NCBI GenBank assembly: GCA_013239625.1
Contig: MU053810.1
Location: 5,986,122-6,050,121 of the forward strand
Origin: Lama guanicoe
Lineage: Eukaryota
Reading direction: 5' to 3'
Length of the DNA stretch: 64,000 nucleotides
Shown here: positions 39,743 to 53,300 of the stretch, piece after piece
Numbering within the stretch: position 1 is the first letter of the stretch
How the letters are laid out: every line of letters begins with the position of its first letter
Made by a program: the position numbers and the translations under genes
The notes under the pieces: model-generated
What the model was told of the DNA's origin: nothing
What the model saw: only the letters and a program-made list of their open reading frames with translations
Database searches by the model: none

Positions 39743-40569
39743 AATAACAATATCCCTCTTATGATATTCCTTCTTACAGCAGTATAGTACTCAACTGTTT
39801 GGAGATCTGTTTACTCAGCCAGAACCCTATTGATGGTTATGTCAGTTGTTTTTAATCATTTACTATTGCCAATAGTGCTGTAATGCATAATTACATATAT
39901 ATTTTGTCAGTGATTCTTTGCGATAGATTCCTGAAAGTGAGGCTACTGGGACAGAAAATAAGTCCATGTGTAATTTTGCTGGATATCACCAGCAGTGTAT
40001 CAGAGAGTCTTTCCCCACAACTTCGCAGAATACCTTGTCCTACTTTTGGATTTTTGCCAGATGGATAGGTGAGAAACAGTATCTCATCTTAGTTTGCATC
40101 TGCATTTCTTTTCTATAATGAGCAAGGTTGAATATTTTAAAAAATAGTTAAGAGTGGTTGCATTGCTTTTTTGTGAACTGTTAGATTTCTGTTCCATTAT
40201 TTCTATCTCTTTTTGGCCTTTTTTCTTTATTTTTAGATTATATATTAATTGTGATACAAGTTGCTGGCCACTCTGCATCCTGCCCCCTCCATCCACCCTA
40301 GAGTTTACCACTTGTCTTTGAATTTTATTTTGAACTTTGTGTTTGAGCATTTCTTACTATCTCATTCTGAGTTGTGTACTGGAGTTTGGGAGAATGGGTG
40401 AGTAAAGAATGGGATCGTAAGATTTTGTGGAGATGAGAAGCTTGGTCATAGTGGTTAACAGAGGGATTGGATTTCTGATGGTGATTATGTAAACAGGAAT
40501 ATAAGGTAGAATGAATATAATCCATATCATTGGACTAGTGGATATTGTGATTTTTTTGTTAAATTAACA

Positions 40570-40795
40570 GTTGTTAAGTAGAGGCCTGGGGTGTCATGGA
40601 TGGTGTGCACAAGCTGCAACAAAAGACTGCAAGAGAAAATGAAATAGAGAAGTTTATTATTCACAGGTCTTGGAGGAGGTACACAGAATGCCTTGAGAGG
40701 GGGCACATGGGGAAGTCGGTACAGGCAGAGTGAGCAGTAGGACCTGGGACCCATGCCTTTATTAGGGTCTTGGGTGGAGTGCTTTGTGGTTCATC
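40570..40795 (-). mobile_element. LTR fragment (MER76-like, tentative) ~130 nt upstream of the exon 2 acceptor
   Basis: gtttattattcacaggtcttgg...ggacctgggacccatgcctttattagggtc, similar to part of the LTR at 45600-46204. Confidence 0.5.
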
Positions 40796-40841
40796 AGATT
40801 AGTTTGATAAATTTTTTGATTCAGTTGGGTTTTTCTATTAA

Positions 40842-41111
<270 letters not shown>

Positions 41112-41254
41112 TAAATTCACATTTAATTAACTGACAGCATAGCAGATATCCTGGAAATATGGATTCCTTACCCATCATCTTTCTGACTGACTAGTCATCA
41201 CTTTTAGCTTCAGCTTTGAGTTGAGTAAACCTACTCTTCCTTTTTTTTTTTTTG

Positions 41255-43510
41255 ATTTTTTTTTGGTGGTAAAATATACATAACATGAAATTGAGCATTT
41301 AAGCCATTTTTAAGTGTATAGTTCATTGGCATTAAGAATAGTCACGTGGTTGTGCAAGCATAAGCACTTGTCCTGCTCTTCTTTTAAGACCTTATTTTGA
41401 AGTAAAATAAATTGCACATAATTAAAGCATACAGTTTTATAAATTTTGGTACACATGTTTACCCACAAGACTATCCATGCATTCAAGACGAGAAACACCC
41501 CCCAAAATTTCTTTGTACTCCTTTGTTATCCCGTCTTTCCGCTTTCTGTCACTATGTGTTAGTTTACGTTTTCTAGAATTTTGTAGAAATGGAGTCATAT
41601 GGTATGTACTATTTTTTTGTCTGGCTTCTTTCACTCAGCATAATTATTTTGGGATTCAACACAAACATGTGTGTAAAAATAGTTCACTCCTTTTTGTTGC
41701 TGAGTATTCTTCCAGTTTTCCACATTTTGTTGATCCATTCACATGTTGATGGACATCTGTCTTGTTTTCAGGTTTTGACTATTACAAATAAAACTTCTAT
41801 GAACATTTGCATACATATTTTTATATAGTCATATGTTTTTATTTCTCTTGGGTAAATTAAATACCTCTGAGTGAAATGGATATGCCACATGCTAGATGTC
41901 TGTTTAACTTTATAGCAGAGTTTCAAGCCAAATTGTTTTCCAAAATGATTATACCATTTTACATTCCCACCAGGGATGTATGAATCTACAGAAGTATACT
42001 TGATATTTACGTAGTGATTTTGTATCCTTATTGAAGTCACTTAGTCACAGTAGCTGTTGTATAGATTCCATTGGATTTTCTACTTAGAAGAGCATGTTGT
42101 CTGTAAAATAAAGATAATTTTACTTTTAATTCTTTTCTTTCTTTTTCTTTTTCTTTTCTTTTTTTGGCCGTACTGCACTAGTTAGAAGCTTTTAGACAAT
42201 GTGGAACAGGAGGAGTAAAATTGGACATTGTTGTGTTCCTATGTTAGTGGAAAACATTCTGTCTTTTACTGTTAAGTATGATTATAGTCTGTAGTTTTTT
42301 CAGAAATAACTCTTTTATGAGGTTGAGGAAGTTGCCTTCTGTTGCTAGTTTGCTGACTTCTTATGAGGAATGGACGATGGATTTTGCTACTTTTTTGTGC
42401 ATCTGTTGAAATGATTTTATATATAGATAAATAAATTTTTTTTTGTCTGTTATACGGTGAATTGCATTGTTTTGGAATGTTAAAATTGGCCTTGCTTTCC
42501 TGGGATAAACTACTTGACTGTGATGTTATTATCCATCTCATAGATTATTAGACTTACTTTGCTAAGATTTTGTTAAGAACTTTTGCTTCTTTCCTCCTGA
42601 GAGTTAGTGGTTTGTAGTTTTTCATTCTCATAATGTCTTTGTCTGGTTTTGGTGTAATGCTGGTCTTATAAAATATGTTAGACAGTATTTCCTGCTCTTC
42701 AGATTTATGGAAAAGTGTGCGTGGAATTGATTTTTGTTCTGTTGCATTATTTTCATTCTGATCTCAATTATTTCTTTTTTTTCCCCCCTTACCCGAGATT
42801 AATTTATTCTTATTTTATACTTTATTAAGGTAAAAGCTGAGGTCACTGAGAGCCTTTGTCTTTTCTAATATAAATGTTTTAGGTCTATAAATTTGACTTG
42901 AAATAGTGTGTTATCTGTATCTTATAAATTTAGATATGTTGTGCTTTTATTTCATTTAGCTCAAAATAATTTCTGATTCTGCTTTTCAATTTCTTCTCTG
43001 GTCCAAGGGTTTTTTGGTAATGTGTCATTTACTTTATAAATATTTCAAGATTTTTTTTTCCAAAGGTCTTTTCTGCTTTTGATTTCTAATTTAATTCCCT
43101 GGTAGTCAGAAAATATTCTTTATATGATTTCAGTCCTTTAAAATTTATTAAGAATTGTGTTATAACCCAGTATATAGTCTGTCTTGGTAAATGGTATGCA
43201 CTTGAGAAGAATGTGTTTTTTCCATGTTTTTTGTTACAGTTGGGTGGAATGTTCTATAAATCTCGTTAGTTAAAAGTTGATTGATAATATTGTTTAATTT
43301 TTCTATATCCTTACTGATTTCCTGGCTACTTGTTTTATTAGTTATTGAGGAAAATAATCTCCAACTGTAATTTTGAGTTAGTCTATTTCTTGCGTTTTTA
43401 TCCTTTTTTGTTTCGTGTATTTTGACGCTGTGTTATTAGGTGCAGAAATGCTTAGGCTTGCAATGTCCTGTTGATGAATTGACTCTTATCACTATGAAAA
43501 GACTGTTTTT
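41255..43510 (-). mobile_element. Cluster of old L1M fragments (3'UTR and ORF2)
   Basis: L1 3'UTR motifs and ORF2p-like peptides (IISTDAQKSSKIHRPFLI; GGNVKWYNHFGK). Confidence 0.7.
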
Positions 43511-43614
43511 TAAATTCTGGGTAAACCTAAGTTTGACTAAGTAGGCAGATTTAGTTGGTGCTGGGGTGATTGAATGGATTCCCGCAATGGAAGTGCTCAC
43601 TGAATTAAATGCTC

Positions 43615-44930
43615 TGAATTCTCAAACGTTTTGCTCTCAGACTTCATTAACATCTTAAATTATTGAGGCTCCAGAAGGGCTTTGGTTTATGTTGTTGGCA
43701 GTTCTTTTAGAGTTTATCGTATCAGAAAATAATAAAGTGTTACCAGTAAAAATATTAAACTATTTTTAATTTAAGTTTAAAATATTTAACTCACTTAACA
43801 ATAAGCCCTTACTTGTTAATACAAATAACATTTTAATGAAAAATAACTCTTTCATAGAAAATTGTGCATGGTGTTGTTTTAAGATTTCCATAAATCTTTT
43901 TTATTTTTTTATCTATCTTTGTTTTAATTTTTTATTGAAGTATTGCTGATTTATAATATTTCAGGTATACAGCAAAGCAGTTCATTTTTATATGTGTGTG
44001 TGTATATATATATATTCTTTTCAGATTTTTTTTCCCATTATAGGTTATTACAAGATACTGAATACAGTTCCCTGTGCTACACAGTAGATCCCTGTTGTCT
44101 ATCCATCCTATACATAGCAGTGTGTATCTGTTAATCCCAAATTCCGAACTGTCCTGCCTCCCCTCTTGGCACCTACAAGTTTGCCCTCCACATCTGTGAG
44201 TCTGTTTCTACTCTGTAAACAAGTTCATTTGTATCACTTTTTAAGACTCCATATGTAATTGATATATGATACTTGGTTTCTCTGACTTACTTCATTTAGT
44301 ATGATAATCTCTAGATCCATTCATGTTGCTGCAAACGGCATTATTGTTTTTTTTATTGCTGAGTACTGTTCCATTGGGCATATATATACCACATCTTTAT
44401 CCATTCATCTGTCAATGGACATTTAAGTTACTTCCATGTCTTGGCTATTGTAAGTAGTGCTGCTATGAACATGTATGTTTTCAAAGTAGAATTTTCTCCG
44501 GATATATGCCCATGAGTGGGATTGCTGGATCATATGGTTGTTCTAGTTTTAGTTTTTTAAGGAACCTCCATACTGTTCTCCACAGTGACTGCACTGATTT
44601 ACATTCCTACCAACAGTGTAGGAAGGTTCCCTGGTACAGGTTGCCTTGAGTAGTATGGTCATGTTAACAATATTGATTCTTCTAATCCAAGAACACAGTG
44701 TATCTTTCTGTTTGTGTCATCTCCACAAATCTTTTTAATGTCTTGTTAATAAAATAAAAATAAAAGTAAGAAAAAGCTGGATTCTCATCTATTTTTGCAT
44801 TCAGTATTTTGTGGTTTGTTGTTTTGGTTGAAGTATGTGAAGGAAGTCTGGCTTCACACAGATACACAGTTAGAAAAGGCAGAATCTTGGGGACCCTAAG
44901 ACTCTTTAGATCACAGTTGGAGAAACTGTT
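43615..44930. mobile_element. Charlie1b-like hAT element split by an L1
   Basis: Homologous to the start and end of the 13723-14913 element (aaattattgaggctccagaagggctttggtttatg; gctggattctcatc...gaagtatgtgaaggaagtctggcttcacacagatac). Confidence 0.7.
43901..44721 (-). mobile_element. L1 3' fragment with TSD and an internal deletion
   Basis: Well-preserved L1 3' end; TSD-like tcca(t/c)aaatctttt at ~43888 and ~44722. Confidence 0.82.
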
Positions 44931-45228
44931 GCATTATGGAGTTACCATAGTTTAATCTCTATAGTATGTAGTCCCAATATAATACACCAGCCATCATACT
45001 TCCATTTAAAAAAAAATTCCAGATTTGTATTACGTCTCCATCTATAGTTTCTTCTGACTTTTTGTTATATGATTCTTGGTCCATTCTTACTGACTTTTGT
45101 GATATTTTTGGTACTCTTACCTGTAATATCAGGGGATTTCTAAGGGCTAATTCCTAATGGCCTGTTGATATTTATTTTAGTTTCTTAAAGATATTTCAAG
45201 ATGAGGCATGCTACTCTTCTTTGGCGCT

Positions 45229-45599
45229 TGTTGTAGTCTGAGTTGTTTTACCCTAGAATTCATACATTGAAATCCTAACCTCCATTACCTCATAATGTAA
45301 CTGTATCTGGAGGTTGGGTCTTTAAAGAGGTAAGTAAGTTAGTAGAACGAGGTCATTAGGTGGGCCCTAATCCAATGTGACTGGTGTCTTTGTAAGAGGA
45401 GATTAGGACAGAGACACGCAGAAGGAAGACCGAGAGAAGAAGACCTTTTACAAGCCAGAGAGAAAGTGCCTACGAAGAAACCAGCCCTGTCGACGTGTTG
45501 ATCTTGGAGTTAATCTTGGGCTCCTAGGCTCCGGAATTATGAGAAAAGAAATTTCTGATGTTTCAAACTCCTAGTCTGTACTACTTTGTTACGGCAGCC
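45229..45599 (+). mobile_element. MLT1B-like MaLR LTR (last ~18 nt displaced to 46205-46222)
   Basis: gaggtcattaggtgggccctaatccaatgtgactggtgtctttgtaagagga...tttgttacggcagcc | gccctagccaactaa. Confidence 0.8.
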
Positions 45600-46204
45600 T
45601 GTTGTGTTTTCTTGGCTAGGAATGCCTGATGCACTTGCCCTTCCCATGTTTACTCATAGCAAGTCCCACAGACATTCCATCCCCTTCCTCCTTCCTCCTC
45701 GCGCCCGCCCCCCACTAGGCCGTTTTATGGCTGGATCTATCCTCATGGTTCTTATGATTCAGGACCACCTCTGCAAAGCCATCAGGGAGGTTAGAAGAGC
45801 AAGACTTGTTACTCACAGAAGTTCCTGTTATACCTGGCATGGCCAAGGGCCACACAGCAAGGCCACTGGTAGGGAGAAAGGGTCGAGCATGGACCTGGGG
45901 CTCTGCCTTTATAGGTATACGCTGGTGTGGTGTCTAGGATTTTGTGGGTTTACTCTTTATTGGGGAGTTGAAAGCATAAGAGTGGAAACTGGGGCACAGG
46001 AAGGGAAAGAGCAGGTTCATTCAAGCAGTCAGTTATCTGGGTTACTCAGGGCTTTCTAAAGGGGAAACTTCATGAGTGGATGTGACCTGGTTCCATATTT
46101 AGTTGTTTTGTTTTGCAAGTAGCTCAGCTGGCAATATGTTTATTTGAGTTGGATGTCTTTGAAATAGATACCTCAGGAATCAAAAGCTTAGTGTCACACT
46201 ATAC
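45600..46204 (-). mobile_element. Solo LTR nested in the MLT1B-like LTR
   Basis: TG...CA termini with cagcc at both junctions; interrupts the MLT1 3' end. Confidence 0.65.
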
Positions 46205-46469
46205 AGCCCTAGCCAACTAATGAAGCACCGTTATGTCACCTTCAGCGCTATCACTTTTATACTTTTTGTTGGCTTTTACGGATATAAACCATTCATCAGA
46301 ATCTGGGAAGAAATGGTAGAAGGATATAATGCAGATTGTTGGGTGTTACTTAAAATGAGAAAGCACGGTATGTTTAGTACCCCATGGCTAGGAACATTCA
46401 GTAGCTCTCACTTGATTGGCTGATTTACCGTGAGAAAAATCTATTAACTGCCCTATTCAGTATTCCAAT

Positions 46470-46672
46470 GGAAGAAGCTTGGAGAAGCAAGGGAAACACT
46501 CTCCCCTGAAACCTTCTAAAGGAGCATAGCATGGTCCTTTCAACACCTTGATTTAGTCCTGTAAAACTCAGTTTGGGCTTCAGGCCTCTAGAACTGTAGT
46601 AGAAAAACTTTCTATTGTTTTAAGTCACTAAGCTTCTAGTAATTTGTTGCAGCGGATTAGGAAACTGACATG
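46470..46672 (+). mobile_element. MLT1C/D-like LTR 3' fragment
   Basis: caacaccttgatttagtcctgtaaaactc...cctctagaactgta...ttttaagtcactaag...aatttgttgcagc...aggaaactgaca. Confidence 0.7.
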
Positions 46673-46886
46673 CTATAGGAGGTAGTTCTAAATGCGGTAT
46701 GACTGTATTTGTGGGACTCTGTAGAAGCTGGTTCTTGTCATTTTCATAATTTAAAAATATTTTTAAAGGTTTTTATGAAATTGTATAATATCCTTAAAAT
46801 CATGAGGAAAACATGAAAAATTTCTCAACTTTCCTAACAAAATAGTATTTTTTATCTTCAACTTAATTAATAAGACTGATATCTGA

Positions 46887-47001
46887 CGGGGGTTAGGGTA
46901 TAGCTCAGTGGTAGGGTACTATGCTCAGCCCGCACAAGATCCTGGGTTCAATCCCCAGTACCTCCATGAAGAAATAAACTAATTACCCACCCCCCAAAAA
47001 A
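46887..47001 (+). mobile_element. Vic-1-like SINE with TSD
   Basis: TSD ACTGATATC at 46875-46883 and 47002-47010. Confidence 0.88.
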
Positions 47002-47762
47002 ACTGATATCCAACCTAAACAGTTGCTAACTTTCCATTGTTTTTCTTGTAAAGATTAAGGCCCAACAATCAAATGATTTAGGGCAAATTTCCTCACCTCC
47101 TTTTTGGAGGGAGGACACCTTTATTAACTCAGATTAATGAAGCATTCTTGCTTTAATTATAGTTATTAACAAGGTGAATTTAGAGAGGAGCAAGCTATAG
47201 TAAAGGTGTAGTAAGATGGGGTACAGATTATTCTCTGTAAGTGCATGCTACAGAGCACATACATGTTTATTTGAGGGAGTTGAGGGGCTAAACCTTGTTT
47301 TGGCAGTAGACTTTATCTTACTATTATCTAAAATAAAATTCTCTCAATTCCTATGTGGATAAACATTTTGTATTCTGCCATGGACTCTTAGAGCACCTAG
47401 CATATAGTACCTGGTACTTAATGTGGGCTTTTATGCTGGTTGAGGGAATTTTTGAATTTTGATATGTATTATGCATTATCTGAAAATTTTGAGGTTAAAT
47501 AAAAATACTCTAAAATGTAACAAAGATTTGTGATAAAGCTTTGGTCCTCTCTCCTTCCACCCTTTTATGTATGTATGTGTGCGTGTATTAGCTATATTTA
47601 TGTTAATATGATTTGTATCATTAAAATATATGTATATTAACTTTTTTTAAAGAAAATGTACTTACCTTGTCTCTAAGAGGCAGTTATTAGTTTTTGGTGT
47701 GGTACTAGAGATGCATGCCATCAGATGACTAAATGATTTATGTTTATTTAAATAATCTAGTG

Positions 47763-47986
47763 CAGGGATCAGTAAAATGATCCATGTAGGCCGAATACAG
47801 CCCTTTCCCCATTCTTGTAAATAAAGTTTTATTGGAACATAGCAGTGTTCCTTTGTTTACATATTGCTATGGCTACTTTCACCACTACAGTGACATAGTT
47901 GAGTAGTTACGACAGAGATCATTTGGCCTACAAAGCCTAAAATAGTTACTCTCTGACTCTGACCAGAAGAAGTTTGCTGAGCCCTC
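47763..47986. mobile_element. MER58A-like MITE
   Basis: gtaaataaagttttattggaacatagc...agttgagtagttacgacagagatc...ggcctacaaagcctaaaata...agaagtttgctga. Confidence 0.8.
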
Positions 47987-50900
47987 AGATAGTGTTAGAC
48001 AGTTATTTCAAAGAATTTGAAAAATGTTCTTAGGGTTTGATACCAGTTTCTCCAACTACTTAACGGTAGGTAGCTTTTTTTTAAGGTAATTTTTCTGCAG
48101 GTTGATTTGCTGATGTTTCTGAATGAGCTAGGAATTGTGAGGAATAGGGCTTGTGCAGACTGCATGATGATGCAGATTCTACAAATTTATGGCTTCGTTC
48201 CTTGTATATCCTCAGCATATAGAAGTTAGCTTGTATAAGAAATGATGAAAAAGTTCCACGAAGGGCTGGTGTTCTGATGCCAACTGGTATACCGCAGTAC
48301 CTTTCTGACACCAAGCCCCTGGAGTCTACACTGCCTTGACCTCAGATGCCAGTGGCAAGTCAGATCCCCATTCTACTCCCACTGCCAACCCTGATGGGTT
48401 TGCTGTTTTATAGCCAGTTGACATCATGTTAGGAAAGTAAAACTCAGATTGAAAACTGCACCCTGCTTGATGAACCAGGGGGCAGAGCTCATGGTGACAA
48501 CAACTAGAAATCAGAGGAAAGAGACCTGAAGAGAGGAAGCCCCCAGTTTTGTAGTAAGAGTTTGACCATATCACAGTCTGGCCCTGAACTATGCACATGT
48601 GGAGCAAACTGCAAAAATGCCAGCCAAGGCTCAAAGAAGTGAACAGAGATTTCAGCAGCTACCCTCTTAGAGGAGACAGTTTGGAGTTTAAGTTCAGCTA
48701 AGTTTACACAACACTTTTCTGAGGACTACAGCAGGATTTAGAGTTTCTATCAGATATCGTTTACCATGTACAGGGTGTATGTAATTATTAGACCTATGAA
48801 GAAATGGGTAAAAGTGACCAGAACTGAAGATCAAATTTAGTTGGGTATTTGCCAGATCAACCCTTAGGTGATGTACATGTTGGACAAATAACTATTTCTT
48901 TGTTTGACCAAGCCTGAATTCAGGGGTTTGAAACTTTTTATGGCTAAAGGGAATTTCAAAAGACTGATTCTAGTTTCATTCTTCAGTATTTTTTCTTCTG
49001 TATCCTAAGCTACACTTGGCAGTTTGCTGGTCTCTTGTGCTTCCCCTCCTTGTTGGTGTGCTTCCTCCCTGCAAGTCATTACTTGTTTAGCATGGATGAA
49101 TCAAGGTCCAGGAAACAGAAACCACTCTAGGTGTTTTAAGCGGAAATTAGGTCTCCATGAATAACCCCCAGCACTGTAAGAACTGACCCACTAGGGAAGC
49201 TGTAACCTCTGATGGTGCCATCGATGGAATTACTGAGTTGAAGAACTTGATTCGGGGATTTCAAACCAAACTTGCAAAGCTGCTGCCGCGCTGCCTCCTG
49301 ACCCTCACGCAGCTGCTGACTGGGCTTTGAGTTGTGGAGTCCAGCTGTTGCTTGCACGGCAGTTGCTCCTCAACACCCGAACCGTTACAGAGTGGATACT
49401 GAAGCTCCACTTCAAAAAGAAAAAATCTCATTTCTTGACTTGTTTGCCAACAGAAAGTAATAAAAAAAAGGGATAGGAAGAGATCTCTATCTCACTCTCA
49501 ATTTCCATATCCCAGGAAAGTGTGTTTCTTTGACAGATCAGAAACTGTATCTGGAAGCCTAGCTCTGAGAAGAAAAGGATGTTTTTAGCTTTTTAGTTGC
49601 TTCAGGAAGGTGCTCCTGGGGTGAGGGTGGGGAGGATGAAATGAAGATCAGGTGAGCTAGTCTCGCAGCATGCATGGATGTCACCCACAGTCCCTTAGCA
49701 CTTGAAGCACGTGACAGGCTACATTTACTAGGTTGCATTGGTTTTTATTGTAGTTGGGGAGTTTTTGAAAGGCAGATTATGTTCTTATTCAGTTTCTATA
49801 CTTCTAGAACCTAGCACGAAACCCACCAGATACTAAGCATTTAGTGTTACAGTTTTCATTTAAGAGGGGTTGATATGTATGCTATTAAGTACAATACATG
49901 GAAGTATTTACTAAACATTTGAAGGGGGCATATAGTTTGGGCGGTGTTGAAGGAGTGACATTTAAGTTGGGGTTTGAAGGGAGCCTGTGCATGTATCATC
50001 TTGACTTGGGGTGCAGGTGCACTCAAGCTGGAGGAAATGGCATTAGACAGAGACGTGATGGCTTGTTCAGGATGATGAGGATGTAGGTTTTGTTTGGAAT
50101 AAGGAATGTACCTGGAGGTTAATTCTGAAAAGTAAATGTGAAGTTCTGAATTACAGTGCATTTCCCTTTGATTTGGTTTCCCTGACGAGGCTAAAAGGAT
50201 GGCTTGTGGTGCATTAGTGGGGTAGACAGGTCCTTTTGCTTTTTCTGTGCTGCTCACATCTGCTTGGTGGGAAATACACATACGGCTCCTGAATCAAAGC
50301 ACCATGCTTAACAGAACAAGAGAGAATCAGTCTTCTTTCAGCATCATCAGATGGCAGACTGATGTGATTAAGCTCTGAAGCAAAGGAAAGAGTATCCTTT
50401 GGATATTGGAGACTCTGTTCTTTACTTTCAAGGCAAACAACAGGCCATCTTGCCTCTGTTCAATATGTTTCTGGAGAAATGAATCACCCAAGCCCACGTT
50501 CTGCCTCAAATAGTCTGCAGTATTGAGGGAGCAAACCTCCAAACCCCTCCCTGTTGATCACAAAGTTTAGGTTAAACCATTTTTTAGTTCTGTCCTCATT
50601 AACAAATAGTATAACAAGGGATTGCTCTCATCTCACTTAGAATAAGGGCTCTGTTTCTAAGAAAGGAGCTTTGGGACCTCCCTTCTTCTAGTCTGATTGT
50701 AAGTAGCTGGTTTGGATGTCTCTCTCCAGATCTTCCGATCTCTGGGTTGTCTGTAAGCCATTCACCAGGTGCAGCTGGAACCCCCTAATCAGTTTCTGAG
50801 TCTTTACAGTTGCTAATCTTGTTACAGAGCCTGGAAATGGTATTTCACTTCCTGTGATTTAAACTTCAGACATCTTAGCATGGCCTAAAAGGCCCCTTGG

Positions 50901-51317
50901 TCTGGTTTCTTCCAGCTCTCATCACATTCCTGCTACGCTTAACTTCTTGAAGTGTTCCAAACACAGCATGCAATTTTGTTCCTCTTTGCTTTTCCATAAT
51001 CTGTTTGTCTTACTTGGAATTAACTTGTTCCGTCTCTGTTCTGCTTAACACAAGCACCATCTGAAGTCTTCACTGATTAGCCCAGGGTAGAGTTACTGAG
51101 TCTTTGCACTGTGCTGTCTGACTTGTTCCTGCTTTTATTAGTGACATGAGGTACATGTCTGTCTCCCGCTTGCTCTCTCTGTAAAGGTAAAGGCCATGTT
51201 TTATTCATCTCCATAAGGAGCATGCGCTGACCGATTGCGCCACCCGAGCTCCTCCTCATCTCTGTGTCCTCAGTATGTAGTAACTGGTGCTTAAGAGGTG
51301 GTTTGAAAAGTATTTTT

Positions 51318-51442
51318 GGGGAAGAGCATTATAACTCAGTGGCAGAGTGCAAGCTTAACATGCACAAGGTACTGGGTTCAATCCTCAGTACTTCCTCTAA
51401 GCAACAACAACAAACCCAGTTACGTCCCCCTCAAGAAAAAAA
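51318..51442 (+). mobile_element. Vic-1-like SINE (more diverged), followed by MIR ~51455-51660
   Basis: ataactcagtggcagagtgcaagcttaacatgcacaaggtactgggttcaatcctcagtac; then MIR agacctgggtttgagtcccagttctgcc. Confidence 0.8.
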
Positions 51443-52949
51443 TGAGATCAGCGCTGTATGGTCTGCTTTGAAGTCACAAAGACCTGGGTTTGAGTCCCAG
51501 TTCTGCCAGCATGTGATTTGTTCAGGTTACCTAACTTGTTTGAGTTTAGTTTTCTCATGTGCACAGTTGAGACAATTGTGCTGACCCTAGAGATGAAATA
51601 AAGAATTGCATGTAAAGCATTTAGCCTAACCCAGGGATGTAAGATGTTGGCATTATTAGTCATCATAGCTGATCATCCATTCTTTCTCTTATATTCACCC
51701 CCTCTTGCATTCCCCTTTCTAGTCAGCATAAAGCATATTTTGTTTTTTCCCATCTTAAAAAAAAACCTTCCTTTAACATACATACCCTTTGAGATATTAC
51801 TTCTTTTCTCTTGACAGTTCACAGCGTAAGTTCTTGAATCTGTGAACTTGTAGCAACTTCTTCCTCGAAACATACATATGCCTCAATCCATTGTGCTTTG
51901 ATTTTATCTCCTCCTACTCCATGGATGTTGCTTTTGCAAAAAGCAGAAATGATGTCTTTGTTCTAAATCTACAAGTATTTTTTTCTTTATCTTGGTCTTG
52001 TTTTTGTTTGTCACACGTGACAAATTTGTGATTGTGTTTATTTGTATGTTTACTTATATAATGCTTGCTCCTTCTGTTAGAGGTAAGTTTAAGGATGACA
52101 GGAACCTCACTGGTATGAGGTTGGTTCATCACCATGTCCCTAGTGTCTCCCATAGAGTCTGGCAAGGAGTAGATCCTCAAGTCTTTAAATTATCAGTGTG
52201 GCACTTTAGAAAGTCTGTAGTCCTTTGGGAATATGGCAGAGGTATCAGTGTTGTTTTTAGAAAGTTCTCCATTTCCAAGAAAAATGAATGTACCCTAGTG
52301 TAAATATTGAATTATCAATGATTTGGTTCAGAATCTTAAACAGAGTACTTAATGTGGTCACTGAAAATATTTTTGCCTATCTGTTCTCTGAAAAAGTCCA
52401 AGCGTGAGAATTAAATTTAAAAAAAATGCTGAAGTGGATTAGAAGCTGTAATTATCAGGGTTTGATTCTTCTCACTCTTACACTCTGCCTTGCAGTGCTG
52501 GTGAGAACCAGGCAGGAGCTGGTCAGCAAATAGGAGCGAGAATTGACTTTTACCATTAAAAAGAAAGTCTCTGTGCCTTTTACCTTTATTAAAAATGCAC
52601 ACCCACCTCTATCAGAGGACAGTATGTCAGTCCTTAAACCTTGCCTTCGTGGTACTGACACCAGCATGATCTTGTCTCCCCTTCACTCTCTAGCGTCATT
52701 GCTTTCCCTCCCTCCACACCCTGCTTCAAACCTCCTCACTCGTTTAGTGTGCCAGCCTCTGTAGTGTCTTTGCTCGCAGTGTCTGTCTTCCTGAGTTCCT
52801 CTGCCTGGGTAACTCCTGCTCGTTTTTTAGGCCTCGTCTTGCCTCATGGAAACCTCATCCTTGGTTCCAGAAGGCTAGGTTTGATCCTTCCTAGTACTTC
52901 TGTGCCTGCTCCTACTCCTACGTGAGATAACTTGTTTGATCCTCTTGAT

Positions 52950-53300
52950 CTGCTGTCTCTGCCCTGGTCTTTGCCCTGGAAAGCTTACTGTGCGGATTAT
53001 GTCAGTGGGCATCTGTGACTTCTGGCTTGAGACAGAGTGCAGCCAGTGTGGCCACGGGCAGGTCGGAGGCAGTGAGGAAGACAAGCTCAGAATACTTAAT
53101 TCCGTGGTTTTCCACATGATTTCTTCCGTGTGGGCTGGCTGTATCCCAAGGCAAGTCGTTATTCCCCTCCAGGTGGCCTTTTCTATGTGACTGTCTCTTC
53201 CCAGTTCTGACAGTCCCTCCTGTCCTTGTCCTTTTAGATTTAGGGGTGCTGTTCCTGCCACTGCCACTAGTTCTTACCTTCCTTTCTGTTCCCCTTTCCC
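52950..53300. mobile_element. LTR33-like ERV-L LTR fragment (tentative)
   Basis: tctctgccctggtctttgccctggaaagct...ttctggctt...cagccagtgtgg...gcaggtcggaggcagtgaggaag resembles recalled LTR33. Confidence 0.4.

Noticed and set aside
45586..46059. 157-aa ORF
   Set aside because: Inside an LTR; no recognisable domain.
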